Shown here: one piece after another, positions 12,001-20,605 of the stretch | How positions within the stretch are numbered: position 1 is the stretch's first letter | How the letters are laid out: each line of letters begins with the position of its first letter | DNA from: Rhizaria sp. SCN 62-66 | Lineage: Eukaryota | DNA length: 64,000 bases | Direction of reading: 5' to 3' | Assembly (NCBI GenBank): GCA_001724265.1 | Contig: MEDY01000044.1 | Span: 62,001 to 126,000 of the forward strand | The notes under the pieces: generated by a model | The model's input: the letters and a program-made list of their open reading frames with translations, nothing else | Database searches by the model: none | Told to the model about the DNA's origin: nothing | Made by a program: the position numbers and the translations under genes

Positions 12001-12694
12001 TGCTGTACAGCGCCGGCGTGGCCGCGTTGAGCAGCAGCGTCGGCGTCAAGTAGGGTCCCGCGGACACGGGCGCGGCGACGCCCGTGCTCCCGTGGGCGTG
12101 CACCTGCGCCGCGTGGGCGTGGGAGCCCGCGTGCACGGCCTGCGCGTACGGTGCGGGAGTCGACGAGCCCGCGCCGCCGTACTGCGCCTGCGCGCCGACG
12201 CCGTAGGGCGCCGGCGTGCCAGTGGCGGTGGCGGACAGCGCGGGTGTGGCGCTGCCGGGGGTCGCCGCGCCCGTGCCGGGGCCGGCGCCGGGAGCCGCAA
12301 GGTAGTGCGAGTGCGGCGTAGGGGACGCGTTCGGCAGCGACGGCGACTGCACCGTCGCGAACGGCAACGCGGGCAGCGGCGAGGTGAAGCGGTTCAGCTC
12401 ACCAGCACCAGCGCTCGCGGCAGAGCCAGCGCGGGGAGCGGCCGCCGTGGCTGCGGAGCCGGCGGGGACTGCGAGGCTGTACGCGCGGTTGTCGGAGGTC
12501 GAGGTGGAAAGCGTGGTCATTGGGCTCGGCGGGTCGAGTGCGCGCGCGCGCGCAGCGGGCAGCTGCAGCGAGGAAGACGCCGAGGCGGCGGCGGCGGCGC
12601 GAAGCAGCGCCCGGCCCTCGGCGGTGAGGTGTGAGTGCGGGCTGTCGACGTGGTCGTGCGCGTCGTCACGCGAGAAGTGCGGCACGGATGACAT
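1..12694 (-). CDS. Giant low-complexity (Ala/Ser/Pro/Thr/Gln-rich) protein of unknown function, >4,230 aa, 3' end beyond the window
   Basis: ATG at 12694 (MSSVPHFSRDDAHDHVDSPHSHLTAEGRALLR...) follows in-frame TAA stops. The ORF track lists no terminated ORF in this minus frame between 1 and 12694, which implies it is open to the edge. Spot translations at 10.4 kb, 8.7-7.8 kb, 1.4 kb, 0.9 kb and 1-60 are stop-free. Hydrophobic/helical islands such as FKAAVRFHLETLDIVGV and LYGYSQFVAVPTEDMVKLYFMTG sit among low-complexity tracts. Confidence 0.85.
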   Translation of the reverse strand, partial: MSSVPHFSRDDAHDHVDSPHSHLTAEGRALLRAAAAASASSSLQLPAARARALDPPSPMTTLSTSTSDNRAYSLAVPAGSAATAAAPRAGSAASAGAGELNRFTSPLPALPFATVQSPSLPNASPTPHSHYLAAPGAGPGTGAATPGSATPALSATATGTPAPYGVGAQAQYGGAGSSTPAPYAQAVHAGSHAHAAQVHAHGSTGVAAPVSAGPYLTPTLLLNAATPALYSTEGSHTRTPTIPLSHTHSQSRSQAGAAAGDHGAATVTIAGDPTGLAVTPRAVTELAVTPVQGPVRSDIRSDIPAHGRSGSAVQSQFVGLAPPQQQQTHARSQSQSLTPAQSQPQQQQQQPQQPQQQQQQQPQPQQSNELSLPQLFPRRSTPTTGAAVSSQHAPASANASAEVATESEGRSVLSGSVSSGSLLQRKSSAGAQQQQPAAVLPPLHPTRPAPAPAPAPAPATAAATATASVPSSSADTDGAGAALPEAGPAFTAVLAAYMTSANFAPVAAALSRPVPLRRADVRALAAAGAALAPVVSVSANAVHSNDEDDSHIAAHQQQMQQLTPAGSGAVAGPDASFLAALPAPALAAVPIAAPLLAALWHCTHPAGSAAVAAVVSTVIVSEMTVGEMAAAAQSWAPLISTLRAIVTALTGPVITQEFNNGADSAAALAAIAKSANKLVADAAKVQRNSIRTESSKTAVATRQSTPIKPASAAATGGSSEADAWPPTARVTLRVDPPSPSYEPTSTRSKHQGSPELAELPRPAVPALDLQSTAASATAPTASKPVAGPARPQPSQATSTATTPSVASATKGSYPTAPGDASDGGVNARVMVHPDRVRTALLMYLSTVAPRAIRVPLALTLPLYTPQPSSGGAAAAAAAAAANGGDAASAAAGVVAGPLVCGAPTSVSLLPPGTEITAVASQIDALLTRAGGVAGARALTEELLAVATGAPASASAPAPGATAARNSAAGASSADADCVVLPLRAHWSDFTPSACLAPAPVTAHGLPAAPPAGAAPGPVLVLCPSFAAFAAALLRLRERQEAVHARFYRDARTLYRAIASPQCPLLRAAPRVVLACPAFDNDDDNEDANDANEDDDDEDRDDAHAEADAEIWAHVGRSKTVDSASKRNVRKTVASGDDDDDNDNASHVRHTDAQRARTAVAALPADFPAVTEAGYVVTLPDTSIVVPALSPRRRRLAAAAAPASGVFVAPNGCTVFTPAAAEELALASQGGPTTSTKRSAAQDAATPATVLAAAAADAAVRALTMRPRTEGETAVVVLTLTPNDLLRLLSAATPTAAHADPAVKDVVVTIAAAAAAAANAGEDSSAPSHGVYSLSRAQKTVLALTQRARRGDHRSSSPNPASGWGSRPGSRSSLRSSLGASSAMAHVEAPTQQYRTVTALALAFEAAQAWLDCEDARTSVVEVLSTPTCFLQLQRSRRSGSSSNSASAASSGATVAHAEITALLSAAESTPTLPDAASRAALPPAAAAAVSVRIAVAAAIAASSFKAAVRFHLETLDIVGVRAASLQRLTSYVAAEARLVAPAALTELVAFFGTSSLGQQLFRRTPAGSGGTARNRRSALGSASGAPLYGYSQFVAVPTEDMVKLYFMTGAGPMALLYLLAFLYGDVAGLAVVDTRLASLPVPENAKAPMAVPFAVAHPLLIPALSGGLATAAETTGPGAALPWMPTQSHLTLVYSPVPAEPLCGPAAMRTVTPGPGTPAPTSASSFSSAPSSSSMPITSSGSFPQSSQCARFTAGTALGSPPRNVTSLPTRAAVRFRDFDDIIFAVSRAHLAFTARLRRRREARVACITKDPSQVPSTSAGVRNGTARVAITGALLSHSDTLAGPWLFAPLRSAVSDSSTSSSETAPLPAPAMPAAPPSSGVPPGPPAGGTVGEAVAETLLRLLGGVSPSPGAQWEADSIAAVYLDALASELRARWAAEVAAHLLHWTRVEADKAINAGPVDLAAAANAPSRVRQGLITASSQNHVGGAGSATTALQQRANSRNAGSRRATDGADSFKNIMKEISLRGSKGAGARATLTASAAATSVLSAPLRNNANSATPASPDRVRLSQRAISRTAQRSYTPADPHGPRSEAELATDSDSDDGFSAAAGIVPSRDGGLAAPRATTGPAASTPFSGIAKMQDLIRAPTPRQILFSLPSPPVPVATTSGSWAARTLPARLIDPFALSSAAIASARAYAAALALGGGVLPRNISALTPPEPLVVSPAELFSRVRSLHALVSAQEGELLALFRHFGRPHGCTRTGPVSATASAAAAAQAMRSGAAQAPLGRRNVEAELAAADGSGAGSVLVNPRGDPAGALMTVFSPPLVADWLTVNSLHIRALVIGTGAITRAVPFLLKLASAPEPPRFSSLPALAGALAHSARTFTTTRLRLLDEAWAMGVRTEFARVMLQSPHVAPLWRLEALRDADSAYNEASLPNGTAPHAFDDENSSESDNEDGYGNNTSRGDKNTAGFSTPRSHRSAPDDSSAMKLTALSLVSATSGASPAMTAAASSKGGSPPLLPSSPTLRAAPTPGGPMSLSDAARAMLTPLFKAASAVVAAHVAMSASAAALPAPVPTLRSLVHALRVTALFRSQTRSQQSRPTNAPASGRGAASQRYDATPRKSKHGGGNNQNNGQQQHQVTALSPGLALRRRLAAGSFAGPVPVPAALLLAAAVATATVRAPVSASTMTPDQPFGADEVATCGQKDALGAFVAYLLASTTAPSYDVGMATTATSAQSASAVAALSATQPTSYSRDHALRAGFLLAAHVTPSLAPALASAYALHALTDAGTTALVIADPAIYAAPSSVAALPISAISAAANRAGATTATTASTASGADSTAALIDAIGDCSEVLARARPYLPPLHAPTAGAARATAARRAAGLDDLPTGAVAANAPGAVHASALAAAAAAAEAADAAEGAAHMLANPVAAVSCSSTAAVTAGVKYKGFLETLYWPTNVSGAFNDIPAVWRAVAAVALAPDAAATAAVAAARGSGNDEESHALASLFSSLVPRFSDTTNAVVTTAIAAVASAGASWDGAMPLATESSTALSDSLVLAASAPALADISHLFRSSIAVDCPRPCPLAHAASMFPFSLTSIDTIAAAAGFSVPRLLSVVPALALASTRTQAPRRVSLAQCACDAVAGLLSLSAALTTDVTSPDHALSGDALQSPLAFPAPMIQPARGRAAAAARQVPARYTIGAFAVAMSRALVTPTSTVEGTVSIRDTLVAAAVAAASSLRVTSSLPRNQRQVSDVLPAAAGVAPSALPLLLEAATSLAGGGLAAITQHTTRTGTVVTVGWAARPASSRYPISAHAQRCMELMPEIKPPATLARHYSTIVYALEPRLLALGDAPQPGVPAQSGPVLDAIATASTHASACLSWPVLARPLTKSPPFSGGVLPRSTTLWVSPVMLNALARPRRVATARFALPPAERDADIDKADRTDSVNGVVSTPAIAGVAVLARRLLSPLALTLTVDYKLHAAEHARAYLAAVLGMRRACLCPKDAPLRCRDCGAHGLLMTQPMPLSDEEVTILLSAVDYCVLTLTTLCDALIATGTSFASPVDLARSLAVTKQTLTLPALLAAPRKEKPPTGLWYRQISRLTEGGSVQNITEESSIESLWGRGRDSCLSADIFEPLASQTAFLSNDSRLAAYANTVAPDCVFAPLSLVPALGVPSTVTVSRATVTAGAWRRLSQLMYQLIVVGLLPPMSLLTEAEMTIHHLFDRLAQLERTAVPAAPRVLRPRAAFPADSSLLVQQHGAVDAAAANPLGYATDYANVGRGNAMDSQTPRGHFSSDQQRQLEQQSQPRETRTTVMMALVAAEDNMTASIDDLVTRFLLLLPRSLTAPAVITLTRVVAAEAAHRLHPAAENTARDGLDELRRFPFPSLESLALAVQTRWAQSLVPPRTRPSAVVQSAREKANKDTSYNTVVSSLDADPDASGVPSHMNAAGLAAAAVAAASAASSTSAPECRSSAPVNAVLSPLSELLLKAAFTDPARASLCVNPDSRTAAPGYSAKAVLTAVLTNSPVGLGFVPSAVLEPTLMPALWAPDLSARFGGEYETAVMPLMLSPHAISPDFAAVLRTKLASIADPIVGYRSLSCLTPTATLQSADSDLVSTLRPHLSSTTALAHAARVLPWTAAAASGATTGSHVLAASIVPAVNTVNDFVATADATVAASTSVGSSAPMIPRRLIQPLQPTARRYDAPAPALNRVGTAPVRPTPGIPLLPQPELGPA

Positions 12695-13420
12695 AGAGTC
12701 ACGGGTGTGCGACGCTTAGAGCGCGAAGGTGACGAGTTAAGGAAGGGTAGCGCGGGACAAAGCCCGGGAAGGCAGTCGTGTTATACTTGTGTGGCCAGGA
12801 AGTGTTGTGGTGGGATTCCGAGGCCAGAGAGAGTCTGTTAAAAGTGATATTGCGGTTATTGGATTTAGAATTGTGTAGCAAATGTTGAAGTCGTAAGCAA
12901 AACCCTTACAAGTCCACGATATAGCGCTGGTGAGCAGAGTTCTCTTCAATACAGAGGGGCGAGAATAACGAGCGCCAAGGGTATTTAGGACCCGCTGCAC
13001 GAGGCCCAGACGAAATATAAACGCGATTTTGAGCTAATATTGATTATAAAATTGCATATAGTTCATCGATTTGGACGTGATTAATAATTCAACGGAAGTG
13101 TATAACTAGTCCTCACCCTAAAAGTGATGCGCGCCAATCGCACTCTGTCCAGTCCCCTACTGCCCGCCACTCGTCGCGAACAGCTCTCTGTGCGATACTG
13201 CAACAACTTTACTACAACAACGCACTTGAACGTCTTCATGGTGGCCCTAAGCCACAATTTCAATACATATTATTCACTGAATACTTCTCCAAGAATAAAC
13301 ACTTAAAATATCCCAACAAAGCCTGATATACCCAGCATACACACCTTTAATAGCTCCGACATCTGTGTGTAATTAGCTTGGCACACTCGCTGAGCGAGCG
13401 TCAGGTCACCGCTCCACGAT

Positions 13421-14859
13421 TCACATGCCGGGCGGCTTGGGCAGCGCGGCCGCCGTGGCCATGTACCCGGGCATCATCGACGGGTACACCGTCTGTGGCC
13501 GCGCGCCCGCCGCCGCAGCAGCGTTGCCATCCTTACCATGGCCATGGCCATGGTGGTGGCCGTGGCCGTGGCCGTGGCCGTGAACGCCGGCAGACCCTGC
13601 AGCGGGCGCCCCGGGCGGCGGCGGCACGGCCCCACTGCCCGCCGCGCCGGCCGGGGCGCCCGTGGCGGCGAACCCGGCGCCCAGCGTCCCTGCGGCGGCG
13701 GCGGCGGCGGCGGAGCCGGGCGCGGCGGCGGTGCTCTGGCGCTTGCCCCACGCCATGCGCACGGGCTTGCCCGCAATGTAGAGACTGTTGCTAAGGCGCA
13801 GCGCTGCCTCCTCGGCGGCGCCGCGGCGGAAGTACGTCACGAAGGCGCACTGCTTGGCCGGGACGAGGCGCACTGAGCTGATGTCGCCGAAAGGCGCCAT
13901 GGCCTCGCGGATGTCGCTCTCGCTCGCCGCGTCGGGCAGCGCGCCCAGCCATAGCGTGGTAATGCTCGCGTCCTCGGGCGGCGTCAACTTCTGCGACCCC
14001 GCGGCGCGCTGCAGGATCTTGGCCGCCAGCGGGTCGTTGGTGCCGTGGAAGCGGTCCTTGATGTTCTGCTTCGCGAGGTCCCCCGTGGGCGCCAGCTCGT
14101 GCCGATACGGGCACAGCTCGCCGCGCGCGCAGGCCCCGCGCGCAAAGAAGGAGCACACGTGCGCGCGGTTGCGGTCGTAGCTGGGCGCGCGGCGCGCGAG
14201 ACGCTCCAGCACGGGGTTACTGGCCTCGTACTGGGGCAGCGTGCCGCCGTTAGCATCCATCTTGGCCTCCAGCTGCCGCAGTGCGTACTGCCGGTTGACT
14301 GCGTTCTCGGGCAGCGCGACGCGCTCGCTCTGCGCGAGCAGCGCGTCGCGGACCTGCACGGGCAGTCCGTACTTAAGGTCGAACACGCACGTCTGGCACA
14401 CATTCTTGGACTTGGCGCACGAGCGGCAGATCTCCGTCTTCTTGTAGCGCGCGTTCGGGCCCGGCATCCAGCGGAACGTCGTAAACGGCACGTCGCAGAT
14501 CTGGGGAGGAAAAGCAAATACAAGATATGAAAGAAGTAAGTTCAGAATGTGTGTGAGTGATGAGCGATGATATTAAGGCGATGAGTGGATGTGAGCTATG
14601 ATTGACGATGAACCGAGCAAAATCATCGTACTATAGAGAAAACCATTGAACTGTGAAGATACAGTGCGTATGCTGAGAATAGTGGTGATTATGCGAAGAT
14701 GAATGAAGAACGGCGTACCTTGCAGGCCTTGCCGTTGACGGTCTTGATCATGCGCACCAGCGGGTTCGGGCCCAGGCACGACTCGCAGAGGATGGGGAAC
14801 TCAACCTCCTCCTCAGTCGCGCCAGGCGCGGCCGCGGCTGCGGGGTTCTCAGTGGCCAT
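13421..14859 (-). CDS. RBM22: Pre-mRNA splicing factor RBM22/Slt11/Ecm2 (N-terminal Zn finger, CCCH Zn finger, RRM), 406 aa
   Basis: Exons complement(14719..14859, 13421..14500), intron GTACGC...CAG. Motifs FPILCESCLGPNPLVRM, CKICDVPFTTFRW, KKTEICRSCAKSKNVCQTCVFDLKYGLPVQVRD, RNRAHVCSFFARGACARGELCPYRHE and QNIKDRFHGTNDPLA. RRM with TTLWLGAL...CAFVTY and C-terminal YPSM. Stop TGA. Confidence 0.96.
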
Positions 14860-15507
14860 CGGGAGCGCGGGCGGACGGGCAGAGGGTTGCGAGGGCTGAG
14901 GGCGGGGAGTAGTGTATCGAGAAGCAACGGGGACTGCGGGGGCAAAAGTCGATCTGTAGAACTGCTCCAAAGACCTTGGAAGACTTAGAAGACCTATGAA
15001 TGCATAAAAAGAATACACGCAAGTCGATGCGGTGAGCTACAAGTTAAGAAAGAGAAATATAAAGGGGCTGTGGAAGGTACAAGGCAAGGACTCCCGAAGC
15101 AATCCGTTGGGGGGACCCCAGATGCGCTTTTGGTGCACAGAGCAATATAACGAACAAAGTTTAAAACATAATTAGGGGATATTAACAATAATGGCGCGCG
15201 AAACAATATATAACTGTTCCAGTAGTATCTTGCGAAGGCTTTGTGCTATTTGGCTGCTTCCCGTTTCGATTTCGCTTCGTCCTGAGGCTGTCGCCGGGTT
15301 GCACAACCAGAAGATGTGGTGGGTAACTTCGACCAAGCACAGAGCCAACGTCAGTCCGTCACTGTCAATGCCACTCTGGTATAGGGTAGCCCGTTTTCTT
15401 TCCTGCTTGCGTTGTTTATTGTATATTCATAGGACGCTTCTGTATTGCTCACCGTGTCTTCCTATTCCTCTCGTTCGTAACGACTCATCTCTCTGACTTC
15501 ACAGCCA

Positions 15508-16118
15508 ATGTCAACTCCAGACACGGCTCTGTCCTACATCGAGAAGCGTGTAGGCTTTGCTCCCCAAGGTATGACACTTTATTCTTGCTAATTCCGTGCT
15601 CGCTTTTGTATTACTCGTCGACTATCCCGATCTGGAACCTGTTCTGACGCCTTGCCTTCTCTCTGTTTTATCTTGCTGCGTCCTGCACACGCACACACAG
15701 ACGCATTCAGCTGGCTGTATGCGTGCCGCGGGCTGTACCAGCTCAAGGAGTACGCGCTCGTCATTGACGGCCTTTCGCGCTGCCTGCGCCAGGAGGAGAC
15801 GATGAAGGAGGCGCTGCACCTGCTCGCCTTCTCGCTGCTCCACACACAACAGAACAAGGCCGCCGCCGCCGCCTTCTACAAGTCCATCCAGGCTGGAAAC
15901 GACTCGGACTGGCAGGTACGCACTTGCAGACCCGCATTACATTATACCACATCTTGTCGCTCAGCCTCGTAATCGATGTTTCACGCCGCGTGATTTGCCC
16001 TGCTTTTATCATGTCTGTCATCTGTCTCTGTGTCTCCTTTCATACTTATCTGTAGCCTCTTATCGAGCTCTGCCTTGAGCACCCCACTCTGCAGCTCCAG
16101 GCCACACATCGCGGCTAA
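15508..16118 (+). CDS. Small TPR-like helical protein, 112 aa
   Basis: Exons 15508..15568, 15701..15915, 16056..16118 (donors GTATG, GTACG; acceptors CAG, TAG) join in frame: MSTPDTALSYIEKRVGFAPQDAFSWLYACRGLYQLKEYALVIDGLSRCL...ALHLLAFSLLHTQQNKAAAAAFYKSI...DWQPLIELCL. TPR-like A/L/Y spacing. Stop TAA. Confidence 0.75.
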
Positions 16119-16857
16119 GATGGCGAAACCCGACCTAAGACCACACTAATGCAGCTAAGCAACTACGATAAGTGTCACTTCACGCGTAACACTGTTTCAA
16201 TGCGGCATAACGCTGTGTCAGTGTTGTCATCGAGCACTCTGACGTATTACTTACCTATGAACTCACAAACAATGTCAGAGCTGTCACCTTAGTTCTGTTG
16301 TGCTTGATTTCCCTCAAATGCACACCAAATCACAAAATGCTTGCGTACTCTGGTTGCAGAACTTCGATGAAGTTAAACGCGAAACGCACTGATATATAGT
16401 CCATTCCCGCAATACACCACAATGAAAATGATCTCAATTTTAAAGCTAGCGATGCAACAATTTCATGCGGCGATACTTGACTTGAAGAACAATGAGACGA
16501 TGGATGTATTGCAAAGAGCTAAAAAACACTTGCGCGCGTCTATATAAACAAAACAACACGTAATCTAAAAGGCGTACGCGTCATTGTTAACGAATTCGTA
16601 TCACAGCAATAACAAAATACGCACACAAGTCACGCTGATAGTTCAACACTTTGTTCCACGAAGAGTTGTGTCCGTGATACTGACACAAAGAAAGATGTCA
16701 AAAGAATGTGTTCATAGGGGACGATAAACGTCTGCTGGTTTAGTCTCCACGTCCATTAAAAGCGTCATTGCAGCCACAATCAGCTGTTGCAACGTCTAAC
16801 AACACAGTACAAGGTCCTCACATAGAGTACTTCACAAGGGTGCGAACACGTAAGCCC

Positions 16858-19800
16858 TTAGTTGCCCTCGGTCGCGATGTGGGGCGGGATCAGGTGGTCG
16901 TTGACAGTGAAGGCAATCTCGCCTGTGATGGGCTGCAGCTGCTTGGTGTTGAGCACGGCGTGGTAGTAGTGGCGGCCTGTGTGCGCAGTCTCGGCATCGA
17001 ACTCGTGCACGTACAGGAAAGACGAAAACGGCGGAACTGCGCAAATGATTCATGACAACAAAGCAAAGATAAAGGCATTCAAATGTTAAAATTCTAACAT
17101 GTGATTTAAACTTAGTATTACATTTAAGACTTGAGTTCAATCATAAAGACGAGTTATACTCAATATGAAGATTAGAACACATGATGGGACGTACTGTTGT
17201 TGACGGCAATCTCGACGTCCTCGAAGCCCAGGTGGTCCGCCGTAAGCGTGATGGACGCGTCGGTAAGCTCAACGGGCAGCGGGTTGACGAAGCGGATGCT
17301 GACGCGGACCTCGGCGTCGGCCTCGGCGCGGCGGGGCTCAGAGACGATGCCTTCGTCGCTGATCTCGGCCTCGACGATCGCATTATCGTCGTCGCCGCGC
17401 TCGATGCGATCTAAATCGGCCTCAGTGAGCTCGCCGGGCGCGGCCGCGGGCGCGCAGCGCGACTCGACGTGTGTGGTGAAGAGGGACGCGCGCGAGGCGT
17501 AGAGCTCGACCTTAGGCGGGATGAACTGCATCGACTGCGAGCCGAAGAAAAGCACGTCGCGGTTCTGCGCCGCGCCCGAGCTGTGGTCCGTGGCCATGAC
17601 GGTCGCACGCAGGTAGTCGGTAATGGGCCACTCCTGCAGCTTGGTCCAGTAGTCGTTGGATACAAAGCGGAACGACTTAAAGTGGCCGTTGGCGGCGTTG
17701 AGCTGGACCTTGGCCTCGACGTCGCCGATGACGTCGAGCTCGGCGCCGATGTAGTTGCTGAACGCAAGCACAAGACGGAACGACACGTCCACGGTCTCGG
17801 CGCAGCGCGGAATGCCGTCCGTCTTGTTGATACGGCTCGCCGTGACTGCGTCGCGTTCGCGCAGTGTGATGTGCCCCGTCGCGCGGTCCGTCGCGCGCAG
17901 ACTGTCCTCGAAGTGCGCCGTGTGCGACTTGCAGGCGAAGTTGACAAACGCCACGGCGGGCTCGCCCACGCGCACGGGCGGGATGTTGATCGACATTGAG
18001 ACGCCCGACTCGGCATAGTGGTACACGGCCAGCTCTTCGCGGTCCGTGCTGACGCCCGGCGAGGTCGGCACGTCGGGGTCAGGCGTCGACAACGTGCGCG
18101 CCGACACCGCGGCGGCGGCGGCCTCCAGCCCCTTCTCGATCTCCTCCTTGTCCGCCTTCTCGGTGTCGAGCGCGACCGCGGCCGCGCTGCTGCCGTCGGC
18201 GGCGGCCGCGGGCGTGGCAAAGGTGCGCGCGCCGAAGTTGCTGTGCGTGATGGGCCCGCGCAGCACGCGGTTGTGGTACGTGTTGGTGACGGTCTGCTGC
18301 GCGAAAGAGCCGGGAGCCTTGGTAGCGAGGATCGTGCCCGTCGGCCATCCGGGCTCGAAGCCCATGTCCTGGACAACGCCGCAACCCGACTGCGTGCAGC
18401 CGAAGAGGTAGTTGTGGATGCGCGCGGAGACCTCGGAGGTGACGAAGGACGTGTCGTGCGGGATCTTGCGCCCGTCACGGACGGCGCGAACGTGCGCGGG
18501 GCCCAGCTGAAACTTGCCGTTGCTGTGCTCCTGCGGCGTGCCGTCGACGGTGTGCCAGCCGGGAAGGTTGTAGGGCGAAGGCGAGGACGGACGGTGGATG
18601 AAGACCTCGTTCCACGAGTGGAAGTTCCAGATCATGCCGCGCTCGTTCATCATGCGGCGCGTGTTGCGGTCCCAAAAGCGCGCAATCTCTTGGTTGAACA
18701 CTTCGGGGATCTCGGGCGTCTCGTGCGCCGAGTCGAAGTTGGAGACCTGGCGCGTGGCGACGCCGAGCGCGCGCATGAGCGTCTGCACCAGCGCGCCGAA
18801 GACCCAGCACTGGCCAAAGCGCACGGGCCGGAAGCCCTGATTGATGTACTGCCGCAGGATTGAGTCTGAGCCTTGCCACGCCGAGGGGTTTTGCCCGCCC
18901 GGGAAGGAGTTGGCCCAGGAGCCGACGAGGATGCCGTCGGGGTGCTGCGTCTGCTCCGTGACCATCGCCGTAACCATGCGAACTACCATTCCGGGGTCGC
19001 GGCGGTCCGCCTCGTTGATCTTGTTGATAATGTACATCGCAACTTGGATTGCCTCCGAGTTGAACTGACCGTAGAACCAGCGCACGTCTTGCACCATGCG
19101 CGTAGAACCACTGATTAAGATATTTAAAAAAAGGAACAGTTTGTTCAAGTGAGGATATAAAAGATATATCTTATATTTACGAAAAGGACACAGAAATGGT
19201 GACTGATACCAACATTACCGTCATATGTCAACCTTAATTTGGATATTTTAATCGGTATTATGTTTCATACTGAATTCAGTTGTTTTGTGCGTACCGGAAG
19301 GTAATGCCATGCTCGTTGTTGATGTACTCGCGCAGCAGCGCCGGGTCGGGGAAATGCGCCAGATCCATCGGGTGCCAGGCGTTGAAAATAACGGCCAGCA
19401 CGCGGTTAAGGCTGGCAGCCTGCGAGCGGTCGGAGAGACGCACGGCGACGGAGGTGGCGCCGACCGGAGCGTTGACGTCGATGGTGGCCGAGACGTCGTA
19501 GATGCTCCCGCCGACGTGCGTCAGACGGAATGTGCTCGCGTCGAAAATGGAGAACGGTGCAGTCTAAGTAATAGAAATCGAGTTGAAATCAGATGTACAG
19601 ATGTTATTATGAGTTTTGACAGAAGACTTGAGCTGGTGACGACTTGAAGATGTGATATGATGGCTTGAGCGAAAGTTTGACCTGAGCGAGAGATACTAGA
19701 ACGGACCTGGATAGTAAAGGACTGGCCAGGATTAAGCTCGGAGTCAAGTTGAATGCGCATGTCAATGTCAAGACCACGACGCACAACAAGAAACTGGTGT

Positions 19801-20079
19801 GCAAATGAGAAAATGAAGGAAGTGAGGAGTTGAAGTGTGAGTGAGCACTTTAAGTGGAGCCTTGGGTCTGAGGAATACAAGTGACGATACAAGCATAAAG
19901 ATGAGACGAACCTGCGTAGTACGGTAGACAGCAGTACCATGAAGAGCCTTGATTGAGTTCTCCGTGTTGACCACAAACTGATGAATGCGGTTCGCGGCGG
20001 ATACGAGCGTGATTGGCAAGAGCAGCGCGGCCCCGAGGAGGCAGAAGAGGAGCCCTCGAGACCCAAGGAAGCGGGTCAT
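16858..20079 (-). CDS. Protein-glutamine gamma-glutamyltransferase (Factor XIIIa/TG2-type transglutaminase) with N-terminal signal peptide, 872 aa
   Basis: Exons complement(19912..20079, 19707..19793, 19295..19563, 17195..19110, 16858..17036), 2619 nt in frame. Motifs LVVRRG, NAPVG, IFNAW...REYINNEHG and WFYGQF. Catalytic Cys in VRFGQCWVFG (18807-18809), His in WNFHSWNE (18618-18620) and Asp in GWHTVDGTPQE (18543-18545). C-terminal barrel-like FVNPLPVELT. Stop TAA. Confidence 0.92.
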
Positions 20080-20605
20080 ACGGAGCGTTCCTGGAACGGC
20101 AAAGCATAGACAGTAGCAAAAACAATAGAGTTAAGTTTGCATGTAAGCGATGTTAAGTGCTCGACAGGATCAGAGTTAGGTAAGATGAGCAGCGGCCTCG
20201 ATGGATCAAGTTGCGTCAACGTGCGACATCAAGTTGATCGTGAATTTCGGTCAGCGATTTCGCCAGCTAAATGCATACTGAGTGAAGTACAACAATGTTA
20301 CCATATATTTGCGCATTTATACAATGTATATCTTAGCATAACACGTTATAATATGACAAATACAAGTCAGTCACTAAGAAATAACAAAGTGAGACGCTGA
20401 CCTGCAAGGACCTCGGGTCGCAACAGTGACTGTGGCGACTTTGTGCGAACAGTCACGTGGCTCAGACTGCAGCGAGGCAGAGAAGAAATCGTGTAATTTG
20501 AGGCATCGGTCGTGATTTGTATGAACGATATTTTAGTGTATTCTCGGAATATCATTATTCACCTGCGCTTTTCTTTTTATGTTTTTGTTTAAATCTTGAG
20601 CAGAC

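Noticed and set aside
781-12719. Dozens of 60-344 aa track ORFs on the + strand and in other minus frames
   Set aside because: They are shadow ORFs of the giant GC-rich minus-strand CDS, with Arg/Ala-rich translations and no motifs.
11321-13582. Short tandem repeats (GGGGCA)n and (GGCCGT/GGCCAT)n as telomeric or CRISPR-like arrays
   Set aside because: They are in-frame coding repeats (Ala-Pro and His-Gly dipeptides) with no spacer structure.
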